Source: Burkholderiales bacterium
Lineage (GTDB): Bacteria > Pseudomonadota > Gammaproteobacteria > Burkholderiales > Burkholderiaceae_C
Reading direction: 5' to 3'
Assembly (NCBI GenBank): GCA_038225015.1
Contig: JBBRFB010000001.1
Location: 3,487-67,486 of the forward strand
Length of the DNA: 64,000 bases
Position 1 is the first letter of the stretch; the number at the start of each line of letters is the position of its first letter. Both the position numbers and the translations under genes were made by a program. Of the stretch, positions 31,630 to 40,730 are shown piece by piece. The notes under the pieces were generated by a model, which worked only from the letters and a program-made list of their open reading frames with translations, had not been told where the DNA came from and made no database searches.

Positions 31630-33107
31630 CAACCGGCCGCGCCCAGGATGGCCCCGACCTCTTCGATCACTCGATCCTGCTGCTCGTCGGTGAGGTTCGA
31701 GCCCGACGGCAGGCAGATTCCGTTCTCGAAGAGTTCCTGAGATACCGAATGCGACGGGTGTCTGAAGTAGCGACAGGTGGCAAATACCGGCTGCAGCTGC
31801 AGCGGCTTCCACACCGGGCGTGCCTCGATCCGCTGCGCGGCCAGCCGCCGGATGAGCTCGCCGGCAGCCACCCCGCGGCGACCGGGTGACAAGGTAGCCG
31901 TGCTCAGCCACCGGTTGGAATGGCTCCAGTCCGGCTCGGGCATGAACTCGATGCCGTCGCAGGAGCCCAACTCGGCTCGGTAGCGCTCGAAGATCCTGCG
32001 CCGCGACGCGACCCGATCGGAGAGCACGGTGAGCTGGCCACGTCCAACGCCGGCCAGGATGTTGCTCATGCGGTAGTTGTAGCCGATCACCGCATGCTCG
32101 TAGTGGATCGCCGGCTCCCGCGCCTGGGTCGCAAGGAATCGCGCCCGCGCGACCAGAGCGGCGTCGTCCGAGACGAGCATGCCGCCTCCCGACGTCGTGA
32201 TGATCTTGTTGCCGTTGAAGGAAAAGATGCCGATTCGCCCGAAGCTGCCGCTCGGCTTGCCCTTGTAACGCGCGCCAAGCGACTCGGCCGCATCTTCAAC
32301 TATCGGCACCTCGTAGCGTCGGCAAAGCGCCGCCAGCGGGTCGATGTCGGCGCTTTGCCCATAGAGGTTGACCACGATCACGGCCTTGGGCATCTTCCGG
32401 TTGCGATGCGCGTCGGCGAACGCTGCCTCGAGCGCCGCCGCCGACATGTTCCAGCTGTCGGGCTCGGAGTCGATGAAGACCGGTTCCGCGCCCTGATAGA
32501 CGATCGGGTTGGCGCTGGCAGCGAAGGTCAGCGCCGAGCAGAAGACGACGTCGCCGCGTGTGACCCCGAGCAACAGGAGTGCCAGGTGAATTGCCGCCGT
32601 GCCCGAGCTCAGGGCCGCGGCGTGGCCGACGCCAACCATCTCGGCCAGTTCGCGCTCGAAGGCGTCGACATTCGGGCCAAGGGGAGCAATCCAGTTGGTG
32701 CGAAACGCCTCCTCGACGAACTCGCGCTCGCGTGTCCCGAGATGCGGTGTCGAAAGCAGGATCTGCTCGTCGACTTCCTTGCGATCGATCAGTCGCACGA
32801 CATGTCCGGCGCTGTCGAGTACCGGCAGGTGGTTGATCGCGTGCTCGTTCATGAGCTCGAGGGCGCCCTGGCGGGTGTAACCGACCCGGAGGACGACTGA
32901 GTCGATGGTCGGCAGCGTCTCGATCGTGCCGTCGAGGTCCGTGCCGTCGAGGAGCAGACGCCGAATGTCGCCGTCGGTGACCGTGCGCTCGAACAGGCCT
33001 GCGGCGTCAACGAGCAGCAGGACGCCCGTGCCGGCATCCTCCAGCCGCTTCAGGGCCTCCCGGACGGTCGCTCCGCGGGTCACGCACGCATCGCGGATCT
33101 CGATCAA
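31629..33107 (-). CDS. CBS-pair fused DegT-family aminotransferase (PglE/EpsN-like)
   Basis: N-terminal CBS pair (TVTDGDIRR; INHLPVLD), then LSTPH, NWIAPLGPNVDAFE, SFNGNKIITTSGGG, GYNYRMSN. TTG start overlaps the upstream stop. Confidence 0.88.
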   Translation of the reverse strand: MIEIRDACVTRGATVREALKRLEDAGTGVLLLVDAAGLFERTVTDGDIRRLLLDGTDLDGTIETLPTIDSVVLRVGYTRQGALELMNEHAINHLPVLDSAGHVVRLIDRKEVDEQILLSTPHLGTREREFVEEAFRTNWIAPLGPNVDAFERELAEMVGVGHAAALSSGTAAIHLALLLLGVTRGDVVFCSALTFAASANPIVYQGAEPVFIDSEPDSWNMSAAALEAAFADAHRNRKMPKAVIVVNLYGQSADIDPLAALCRRYEVPIVEDAAESLGARYKGKPSGSFGRIGIFSFNGNKIITTSGGGMLVSDDAALVARARFLATQAREPAIHYEHAVIGYNYRMSNILAGVGRGQLTVLSDRVASRRRIFERYRAELGSCDGIEFMPEPDWSHSNRWLSTATLSPGRRGVAAGELIRRLAAQRIEARPVWKPLQLQPVFATCRYFRHPSHSVSQELFENGICLPSGSNLTDEQQDRVIEEVGAILGAAG

Positions 33108-33736
33108 CTCGACTTTCCTCCCAGCCGGCGCGCCGGCACGCCGGCAACCACGGCGCCGGGCACGACGTCGCCGTCGACGACAGCGCCTGCGCCGATCACG
33201 GCCCCGTCGCCGATTTTGACTCCCGGCAGGACATTCGCACCAGCACCGACCAGAACACCCCTTCCCAGCACGACGGCGCCGGCCAGCGTCGCGTTCGGTG
33301 CAACGTGCGAGAACGCGCCGACGACGCAGTCGTGGTCGACGACCGCGCCGTGGTTGACGATGCTCCCGCCGCCGACGCTGGCGCCGGGAGCGACGACGGC
33401 TTGAGCGGCGACGAAGCATCCCGGCCCGAGCTCGCTCGAGGGCGCGACAACCGCCGCGGGATGCACGATCGTCACCGCCCGGCCGCCACGTCCGAGCAGC
33501 TGCGCGGTGGTTTCGGCGCGTACCGCGTTGCGTCCGATGGCCACGTGAAAGTGAAAATCGATCGAGGTACACAGGTCGGCGACGGGGCCGACTCGGCGGC
33601 CGAAGATCGAGCCACCGTGCAGGGCCGGGTCGTCGTCGGCGAAGGCTGCCGTGACACTTTCGTCGCCAGCGATGAGCGCGTCCATCACGACGCGTCCGTG
33701 GCCCCCCGCGCCGACGATGACGATCTCAGTACGCAT
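33104..33736 (-). CDS. NeuD/PglD-family sugar acetyltransferase
   Basis: GAGGHGRVV, AIGRNAVR, IVHPAA, VDHDC, hexapeptide repeats, GVPAR. Confidence 0.9.
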   Translation of the reverse strand: MRTEIVIVGAGGHGRVVMDALIAGDESVTAAFADDDPALHGGSIFGRRVGPVADLCTSIDFHFHVAIGRNAVRAETTAQLLGRGGRAVTIVHPAAVVAPSSELGPGCFVAAQAVVAPGASVGGGSIVNHGAVVDHDCVVGAFSHVAPNATLAGAVVLGRGVLVGAGANVLPGVKIGDGAVIGAGAVVDGDVVPGAVVAGVPARRLGGKSS

Positions 33737-34868
33737 TGGACTTGTTCAATAGCGTCGCCGAGAGCTCCGACTCGGCGAGCACCTCGACGATGCGACGGCC
33801 GGCGCGACCGTCGCCGTAGCGGTTGCCGGCGGGCAGGCGCCCTGCCGCCAGCGCAGCGCGGATCGCGCTGCGCAACGCGCCGGCTTCGGCCTCGATGTCG
33901 GTGACGTTGGCGTTGCGCTCGCGCAGGTTCTGCCGTGAGCCGACGTTGACGACAGGCGTGCCGAACGTGGCAGCTTCGATGATGCCGCTGCTCGAGTTGC
34001 CGATCATGACGTCGCAGCAGGCCATCCAGGAGACAAACGTCGGCCGCGGCAGGTGCGCCTCGACGACGAAGGACTCGGCGTCGGCGGCCCGTGCCAGCAC
34101 GTCGCGAACGCCTTCGTTGCCGGCGTCGGAATTCGGCATCAGCGCAATCGTCGCGACGTTCTCGGCCGCCAGCGCATCGACGATCGCCTGGGCTTGGGCG
34201 GCGGCCCGGCTGGCCTCGGCCAGGACGGGGTGGAAGACGAGGAGCGCCAGCGGGCGGTCGACGGGCAGACCGGCGGCGCGGCAGAGGTCAACGCGGTTGG
34301 TCGTCGCCAAGCCGACCAGGTCGTCGAGGCCGGGTGCGCCGACGAGGTAGATGTGCTCGGGCCGTTCGCCCATGCGGACAAGCCGGTTCCTCGCTTCGTC
34401 GGTAGCGACGAGGTGAAGGTGAGACAGCTTGGTGATCGCATGCCGTACCGGCTCGTCCACGGTACCCGAGCGCTCGCCGCCGTGAATGTGCGCCACGGGA
34501 ACGTTCAGGTGGATCGCAGCGAGGGCGCCGGCGAGCATCTCGCCGCGATCGCCGAGCACGACGACCAGGTCGGGGCGCTCCCGCTGCAGCGCATCGACGA
34601 ATCCGATCAGCATGCGGCCAATGTTGCGCGCCATCGCCGCGCCTCCGGTGTCGTCGAGGTCGACGTCGACGTGCGCCGCGATCGACAGGCCCGCCGCAAC
34701 GATCTCGTCGACCGTGCGCCCGTGCCTTGAAGACAGATGCATCCCGGTGACGAGCAGCGTCAGGCGCACTCGCTCGTCGTCGGCGAGCGCGCGCAGCGTC
34801 GACGCCATGAGGCCAAAGTCGGCACGGGTCCCGGTGACGTAGCAGATGCGCCGCGGCTCGCCGCTCAT
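33726..34868 (-). CDS. neuC: Hydrolysing NDP-sugar 2-epimerase (NeuC/LegG family)
   Basis: VTGTRADFG, TGMHLS, LGDRGE, HIHGGE, DEPVRHAITKLSHLH, GNSSSGIIEA, YGDG. Confidence 0.92.
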   Translation of the reverse strand: MSGEPRRICYVTGTRADFGLMASTLRALADDERVRLTLLVTGMHLSSRHGRTVDEIVAAGLSIAAHVDVDLDDTGGAAMARNIGRMLIGFVDALQRERPDLVVVLGDRGEMLAGALAAIHLNVPVAHIHGGERSGTVDEPVRHAITKLSHLHLVATDEARNRLVRMGERPEHIYLVGAPGLDDLVGLATTNRVDLCRAAGLPVDRPLALLVFHPVLAEASRAAAQAQAIVDALAAENVATIALMPNSDAGNEGVRDVLARAADAESFVVEAHLPRPTFVSWMACCDVMIGNSSSGIIEAATFGTPVVNVGSRQNLRERNANVTDIEAEAGALRSAIRAALAAGRLPAGNRYGDGRAGRRIVEVLAESELSATLLNKSNAY

Positions 34869-35902
34869 TCCAGGTCTTCCCAACGCAGCGTGCTGCCGGC
34901 GGGAAGCGGGGCGCGCAGGCTGCGCCCGACGACGGCCTCGAGATCGCGAGGCTCGATGCCTGTTCCCGGGCGCAGCAGGCAGATGTCCGACCGGCCCAGG
35001 ACCGCGCCTTGCGGCAGCTCGCGCGCCGTCGTGACGCTGCGTCGGACGAGCGCGCGCACCGGCAGCTCGGAGGCGGTCGGCTGCTTGACGTCGCTGCCGA
35101 GCGAGCGCTCCACGGCGCGGATCTGCGCAATCAGCCGCTCAAGCTCTTCTGGTGGCAGCGACGCCCGGTGATCGGGCCCCGGCAGGCTGGTGTCCAGGGT
35201 GAAATGCTTTTCGATCACCCGGGCGCCGAGCGCGACGGCGGCCGTCGAGACGGCAACCCCGAGCGTGTGGTCGGAATAGCCGACCGGTAACCCCGTGGCT
35301 TCGGCAATCGTCTGCATCGCCCGCAGGTTCACGTCGTCGACCGCCGCGGGGTAGTTCGACGTGCAATGCAGGACGCACACCATCTCGGCGAGCGGCCGTT
35401 CCAGGCCGAGACGCCCGCGCTCGCTTCGGATGAGCGCGACGGCCTGCTCGATCTCCTCCAGGCTCGCCATGCCGGTCGAGACGATAAGCGGCAGGTCCTT
35501 GGCCACCAGATGGCGAAGAAAGGGGAGGTTGGTGATTTCGCCCGACGGCACCTTCAGCCGCCGAACGCCGAGGGCGACGAGGAAGTCGGCGGCGTCTTCG
35601 TCGAACGGCGTCGACATGAACTCGATGCCGCGCGCCGCGCAGCGCTCGAGGAGCAGCCGGTGCAACGCCTCCGACATCTCGAGCTCGCGCAGCATGCCGT
35701 GCTGGTCGCCCGCGCCCGTCGTCTCTTCCTGGTAGGCCGCCTTGGCGGCGCCGCGGCGGACGAGCTTGTCGGCCGAGAAAGTCTGGAACTTCACCGCGTC
35801 GGCGCCGCAGCGGGCAGCGACGTCGACCAGTTGGAGGGCCAGCTGGGTCGAGCCGTTGTGGTTCACGCCGGCCTCGGCGATGACGAACGTGCGCTCGGCC
35901 AT
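34865..35902 (-). CDS. neuB: Nonulosonic acid synthase (NeuB/LegI family)
   Basis: IAEAGVNHNG, AVKFQTF, STPFD, KVPSGEITN, HCTSNYP, GYSDHT, EKHFTLD, C-terminal SAF domain. Confidence 0.94.
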   Translation of the reverse strand: MAERTFVIAEAGVNHNGSTQLALQLVDVAARCGADAVKFQTFSADKLVRRGAAKAAYQEETTGAGDQHGMLRELEMSEALHRLLLERCAARGIEFMSTPFDEDAADFLVALGVRRLKVPSGEITNLPFLRHLVAKDLPLIVSTGMASLEEIEQAVALIRSERGRLGLERPLAEMVCVLHCTSNYPAAVDDVNLRAMQTIAEATGLPVGYSDHTLGVAVSTAAVALGARVIEKHFTLDTSLPGPDHRASLPPEELERLIAQIRAVERSLGSDVKQPTASELPVRALVRRSVTTARELPQGAVLGRSDICLLRPGTGIEPRDLEAVVGRSLRAPLPAGSTLRWEDLE

Positions 35903-35904
35903 CG

Positions 35905-36690
35905 TCACCAGACGGTGAGGCCGCCGTCGACGACCAAGTTCTGTCCGGTCACGTAGCTCGAGGCGTCGGAGAGCAGATAGACGAGAGCGCCGCACAGCTC
36001 GTCGGGCCGACCCATGCGAGCCATCGGAACGCGCTCGCTGTAGCGGTCGACGAACGTCCGGTTCTGGCCACTGAAGATGCCGCCCGGCGTCAGCGCGTTG
36101 ACGCGAACGCCCTTGGCGCCCCAGTAGCTGCTCAGGTAGCTGGTCAGGCCCCACAGGCCCGCCTTCGAGACGCTGTAGATCGCCGGCGTGTTGATCGGCC
36201 GGCCGAGGTATTCGGAACCCTGGTAGATGCGCTGGTCCGGTGCGACGACGCCGTAGATCGAGAGCACGTTGACGATGCTGCCCGCCCCCGCCGCGGCCAT
36301 TGCCGAGCCGAACTCCTGGCAGCACACGAACGCTCCCGTCAGGTTCACCGACATGACGTGATTCCAGTCGTCGAGGGGAAATGTCTCCAGCGGCTCGAAG
36401 AAGTTCGGGCTCTTCGTCGCCGCGTTGTTGAGCAGCCCGTCGATGCGCCCGAGGCGCGCCACCGTGGCTTCGCGAACGCCGGCCATCTCGGCGCGGATCC
36501 GGATGTCGGCACGGTGAGGAACGAGGCCTTCGCCCGCGGTCGCCTGCAGCCGATCGAGGGCTTCGCCGTCGGCATCGACCGCAACGACCTGCGCCCCGCC
36601 GGCGAGCAGTTCGCGGCAGAACACCTCGCCCAGGAGGCCCGCCGCGCCGGTGACGACGACGACCTTTCCTTCGAGCGCCGCGCCGCTCAC
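35905..36690 (-). CDS. SDR-family oxidoreductase (PtmA-like)
   Basis: VTGAAGLLG, NNAA, SIYGVVAPDQRIY, YSVSKAG, VRVNALTPGG, TGQNLVVDGG. GTG start. Confidence 0.85.
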   Translation of the reverse strand: MSGAALEGKVVVVTGAAGLLGEVFCRELLAGGAQVVAVDADGEALDRLQATAGEGLVPHRADIRIRAEMAGVREATVARLGRIDGLLNNAATKSPNFFEPLETFPLDDWNHVMSVNLTGAFVCCQEFGSAMAAAGAGSIVNVLSIYGVVAPDQRIYQGSEYLGRPINTPAIYSVSKAGLWGLTSYLSSYWGAKGVRVNALTPGGIFSGQNRTFVDRYSERVPMARMGRPDELCGALVYLLSDASSYVTGQNLVVDGGLTVW

Positions 36691-37382
36691 TGGCTGACTC
36701 CCCGCCGCTCGCTCATCAGCATCTCGACGATGCGAAAGTCGAGTGGGCTGTCGATGTCGATCGAGCGCTCGCGCGGCATGACGTGCATGGCGACACGCCC
36801 CGACCACAAGCCCTTGGCCAGGGTCTCGCGGTGCCAGACGTAGATCGAGGCGTTCATCGAGTAGACGGCCGGCGCCTGCTGGCGCGCGACGACCACGCCT
36901 TTGGGCGGGCAAACGAGGCCGATCCGGCCGCCGGGTTTGCGTTCGACCATGTTGAAGTATGGGTTCTTTTCCGACTCGAAGGCCGTGATCACGGCGTCGA
37001 CGCGCTCGTCGAGCAGGGCCAGGCAGGCCACAATGTCGGCGATCTCGCGCAGCGGCGAGGTCGGATCGAGATCGACGAGCCGATCGAAGGGGCCTACCTC
37101 GGCCAGATGCCAAGCGGCGAGGTGCTGGATCACCGGCACCTTGGCAGCGCTCGCCGTGGCCATCGCGGCCGGGCGCAGGAACGGGACGTGCGCGCCGTGG
37201 GCGCGGGCGACGGCGGCGATCTCCTCGTCGTCGGTCGAGACGAACACCGAGTCGACGCCGGGCGTAGAGCGGGCCTGCTCGATCGTCCAGGCGATGAGCG
37301 GCCGGCCGAGCAGTGGCCGGATGTTCTTGCGCGGGACGCCGACCGAGCCGCCGCGCGCGCAGATCGTCGCGATCGTCTTCAT
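36687..37382 (-). CDS. neuA: CMP-nonulosonic acid synthetase (NeuA/PtmB/LegF family)
   Basis: ICARGGSVGVPRKN, VSTDD, LDPTSPLR, NPYFNMVE, SIDIDSPLDF. Confidence 0.92.
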   Translation of the reverse strand: MKTIATICARGGSVGVPRKNIRPLLGRPLIAWTIEQARSTPGVDSVFVSTDDEEIAAVARAHGAHVPFLRPAAMATASAAKVPVIQHLAAWHLAEVGPFDRLVDLDPTSPLREIADIVACLALLDERVDAVITAFESEKNPYFNMVERKPGGRIGLVCPPKGVVVARQQAPAVYSMNASIYVWHRETLAKGLWSGRVAMHVMPRERSIDIDSPLDFRIVEMLMSERRGVSQ

Positions 37383-38386
37383 CGCCGCCTCGCGTCGGCG
37401 CGCGCCGCCATCACGACCTCGAGCGCGCGGATGCCGTGCTCAAGCGGCTGCGATGTCTGGCGACCCTCATCTATCGCGTCGAGCAGCTCGCGCATCGCAT
37501 GCCGGTACGTCGCCGCGACGTCGAAGGCGTCCGCCGGCAGCGCGACGGGCTCCGCCTCACCGATTCGCTGCAGGACGAGCGTGCGCTGCTGCAGATTCCA
37601 GGCGAGGGTTCCTTCGTCGCCGACGATCGCGTAGCTCCGCACCGGGCTGCGGCTGATGTAGTCGAGCTCGATCGTCACCACCGGCCCGCCGGCGCGGCCG
37701 AGCAGCAGGCACGCCACGTCTTCGCAATCGATGTCGAGGCTCGACGCACGCGCCTGCAGCGACCTGACGTCGCCGAACGACCCGAACAGCCACAGGGACG
37801 CGTCCACCTCGTGAATGAGGTCGAGCAGCACGCCGCCCCCCAGCGCCGCCCTGGCGCTGTAGCTGGCCCGGTAGTCGCGCGTCGGGCGCCAGTCGGGCAG
37901 GTACTGGCCGGCTTCCAGCCTCGCCCGCGCGATGCGCCCGATGGCGCCTTGCTCGAGCAACTCGCGCAGACGCGACAGCGACGGAAGGAAGCGAAGGTTG
38001 CAGCCGACGATATGGGGCGGCAAAGCACCGCCGGCGACGGTCTTCAGCATCGCCAGATCCTCTGCGGTCGTGACTAGGGGCTTCTCGGCATAGAAGGGAA
38101 TGCCGTGCTCGATGGCGGCGACCAGGGGCCGCAGGTGGAGCGCGCTCGGGTTCGAGATCAGCATGAGGTCGGGGCGCCTGGCGAGCGCCTCCTCTAGCGA
38201 GGACGACGACGACTCGTCCGCAGCCAGCGCCTCGTCCCGTCCCCGACCTTCGCGCAGCAGATCGAACCGCACGTCGTGCGCCATCAGGCGCAGATTATCC
38301 ATGTGCCTGCGACCGATCGAACCCGCGCCGACCACCAGCACCCGCCGCAGCCCCATCGTCTTCCTCGCCGACATCCCTTGAACCAT
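37379..38386 (-). CDS. Gfo/Idh/MocA oxidoreductase associated with nonulosonate pathway
   Basis: VGAGSIGRRH, EKP, VGCNLRF, GQYLPDWRP..DYR..YSA, GGGVLLDLIHEVD. Start uncertain. Confidence 0.85.
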   Translation of the reverse strand: MVQGMSARKTMGLRRVLVVGAGSIGRRHMDNLRLMAHDVRFDLLREGRGRDEALAADESSSSSLEEALARRPDLMLISNPSALHLRPLVAAIEHGIPFYAEKPLVTTAEDLAMLKTVAGGALPPHIVGCNLRFLPSLSRLRELLEQGAIGRIARARLEAGQYLPDWRPTRDYRASYSARAALGGGVLLDLIHEVDASLWLFGSFGDVRSLQARASSLDIDCEDVACLLLGRAGGPVVTIELDYISRSPVRSYAIVGDEGTLAWNLQQRTLVLQRIGEAEPVALPADAFDVAATYRHAMRELLDAIDEGRQTSQPLEHGIRALEVVMAARADARRR

Positions 38387-38398
38387 GAAGCCCGACGC

Positions 38399-39619
38399 CT
38401 ATGCGCAGAGCGAATCGAGCACCCGCATCACGCGTTCCGTCGCCGGCACCGGAGCACTAACCCGGTCGGCGCGTCGCCGCGAAGCCACCTGTGGACGCGT
38501 CGCGATCTTCGTCAGTTCCGACCCGAGCGCCTGCACGCTGTCGACCCCGACCGAAATGCCCATCCGGCTGTAAGGCGCATCGGCGGTGAAGACCGAAGTA
38601 TCGACCGAGACCACCGGTCGCCCGATCATCGAGGCCTGCATGCCGACCGTGGAGGCCGTGACGACGACGACGTCGACCGCGTGCAGGAGGGCGCCGAGGT
38701 CTTCGCTGCGCTCGCTCGGCTCCACGCGAGGCTGCGACACGAAGGTCTCGCGCTCGCTCGGGTGGTAGCGGACCACCAGCCGAAAGCCCGGATGGTCGAC
38801 GACGAAACTCCGGAGGTACTGCTCGACCCGCCGCGGCAGCGAGGGATCACCGATCCGCTCCGGCCTGAAGGTATGTTGCTCGGGCTCGATCTGCGATGCC
38901 CAGAGGATCGTGACCAGGCCGTCGTCCCAGCCCCGTTGCTCGCGCAGACGCTCGCCGGCATCGATCGTCTGCGACGAGAGTAGCCCGTCGAAAGCCGGAT
39001 TGCCGGTGACCCACACTTCCTCGGCGCGCCGCCCCCGGGCGAGGAACATCTCCCTGACCTGTTCGTTGAGCACGCACACCCGGTCGGCAAAACCCGGCAC
39101 GCCGATCCATTCGACTTCCTGCATGGCAAAGCTATCGACAAGACAGAGCGAGCGAATGCCTGCCGAGCCGGCGGCCGCGATCGCCGCTCGCTCGGCGCGC
39201 GGCGAGTTCGTGGCGACCACCAGCCTGCACTGCCAGGCGTCGATCACGGCCCGCATCAGGCGAACGGGAAGAAACGCCTGGCGACCTCGGTCCCGGTAGC
39301 GGCTAGCGGCTTCGGCGGCGCCGAGCCGGTGCACGAGGTCGGCGAAGCTCAAGCCCAGGTAGGCCACGGACTCGGCGCGAGAGACGGGCCCGCCAGGCGG
39401 CAGCTCATCGGCCAGCGTTTCGCCGTAGCGCAGGACCTCGTCGTCGGTCGCGCCCGGAAGATCCGCGAAGCCCAGGCACGGGATCCTTAGGCGTTGCAGG
39501 TGCGCCGCTGCAGTCGTCATCGCGAGAAACCGGAACGGGCGTCCGGCCTCCTGCAGCGCCTTGGCGATCGGTGCGAGTGCTGCGACGTGCCCGCCACCGT
39601 AGGAAACAAGGAGGATCAT
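38399..39619 (-). CDS. Putative GT-B fold glycosyltransferase (candidate nonulosonate transferase)
   Basis: SYGGGH start, ATNSPRAERA, VTGNPAFD, VVRYHPSE, STVGMQA. Directly upstream of the neuA/B/C block. Confidence 0.6.
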   Translation of the reverse strand: MILLVSYGGGHVAALAPIAKALQEAGRPFRFLAMTTAAAHLQRLRIPCLGFADLPGATDDEVLRYGETLADELPPGGPVSRAESVAYLGLSFADLVHRLGAAEAASRYRDRGRQAFLPVRLMRAVIDAWQCRLVVATNSPRAERAAIAAAGSAGIRSLCLVDSFAMQEVEWIGVPGFADRVCVLNEQVREMFLARGRRAEEVWVTGNPAFDGLLSSQTIDAGERLREQRGWDDGLVTILWASQIEPEQHTFRPERIGDPSLPRRVEQYLRSFVVDHPGFRLVVRYHPSERETFVSQPRVEPSERSEDLGALLHAVDVVVVTASTVGMQASMIGRPVVSVDTSVFTADAPYSRMGISVGVDSVQALGSELTKIATRPQVASRRRADRVSAPVPATERVMRVLDSLCA

Positions 39620-40704
39620 GGTTGTCGCCGGCCACGCACGGTCCTGCCCGTGGGGTCGAAACCCGCAAAGACCCAGGTCAGCGGAACGAGGAGGCCCACG
39701 ACGCCGAGCCCCTCGAGGAAGATGCCAGGCAGGCCGCAGAGCAGGACGCGGCGCATGCCCTTGGAGCGCTGGCCGCGCAGCTTCACCGTCAAGTTGAACA
39801 GCAGGATCGCGGCGACCGCCGAATACACCAGCGCCCGCGCCAGCTGACCCTCGGAAAAGCTGATCAGCAGCGTGGCTCGACTGAGGGCCGTAAGGAACAC
39901 GTTGCCGGCGCCGAAACCCTGTGCTTCGTAGCCCGTCTCGCCCCCCTGGAAGCCGGCGATCTTGTCGGCGACCGACACGGCGAGCGACAGCCCGAGGAGC
40001 GCGACGACGGCGGATCGTTGAAACCATTGTCGCTGCGCCAACGGCTGGCGCGGTCGCGCGAACAGCAGGAGGAGCAACGCCATCAGGACCGATGCCGAGC
40101 TGAGGTTCGCGCACAAGGCACCGAACCAGAGCATCCACGGCTTGCCTCGCTCGTGCAGTAGATAGAGGGCCAGGTAGGCTGCTCCGCAGCTCACGAGGAC
40201 CCCTCGCCCGCTTAGCACAAGCGGCAGCGCCAGCGGGACGAGGGTCATCCACCGGCCCTCGGCGCGATAAGGCGCCGAAACGGCCCCCCCCAGCACTAGC
40301 ATCAGCAGCGCAAGCTGCCCGGCCGGGCCGAACTGCGCTTCGACGCCGACGAACGGCGCGACGACCAGCGCGCGGCCGAGGTGGACGAAGATCAGCCAGC
40401 TCTCCGAGGCGAACTCGAGGACCTCGCCCTCGCCGAACGCGTAGAGCGCCGTTCCGAGTTGCGAGCGAAAGCCGTCGTCTTCGAGCGCGAGCGGCAGGAA
40501 CGTCGTACCAAGCCAGAGGGTCCCGATCGCGACGACGACCAGGCTGATCACCCAGACCGGGATCAGGGATCGTCGTTGCTCAGCGCGAGGCGCGGCGCGT
40601 CTCGTCCCGGGGAAGCCCGCCCCGGGACGCCCCGTGCCTGGACGGGCCTCAACCACGGCAGCCCGGCCTCCGGGCGCTCGACGGACGTTGGCCCGCCATG
40701 GCAT
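39616..40704 (-). CDS. Polytopic membrane protein, candidate Wzy polymerase
   Basis: About 8-10 hydrophobic segments from ~40570 onward. The first ~45 codons are Arg/Gly/Pro-rich, so the true start may be later. Confidence 0.5.
   Translation of the reverse strand: MPWRANVRRAPGGRAAVVEARPGTGRPGAGFPGTRRAAPRAEQRRSLIPVWVISLVVVAIGTLWLGTTFLPLALEDDGFRSQLGTALYAFGEGEVLEFASESWLIFVHLGRALVVAPFVGVEAQFGPAGQLALLMLVLGGAVSAPYRAEGRWMTLVPLALPLVLSGRGVLVSCGAAYLALYLLHERGKPWMLWFGALCANLSSASVLMALLLLLFARPRQPLAQRQWFQRSAVVALLGLSLAVSVADKIAGFQGGETGYEAQGFGAGNVFLTALSRATLLISFSEGQLARALVYSAVAAILLFNLTVKLRGQRSKGMRRVLLCGLPGIFLEGLGVVGLLVPLTWVFAGFDPTGRTVRGRRQP
40603..40629. repeat. Perfect 10-bp inverted repeat
   Basis: CGTCCCGGGG-aagcccg-CCCCGGGACG. 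Confidence 0.5.
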
Positions 40705-40730
40705 CGCCGGTCAGGCGTTCGACTGCCATC

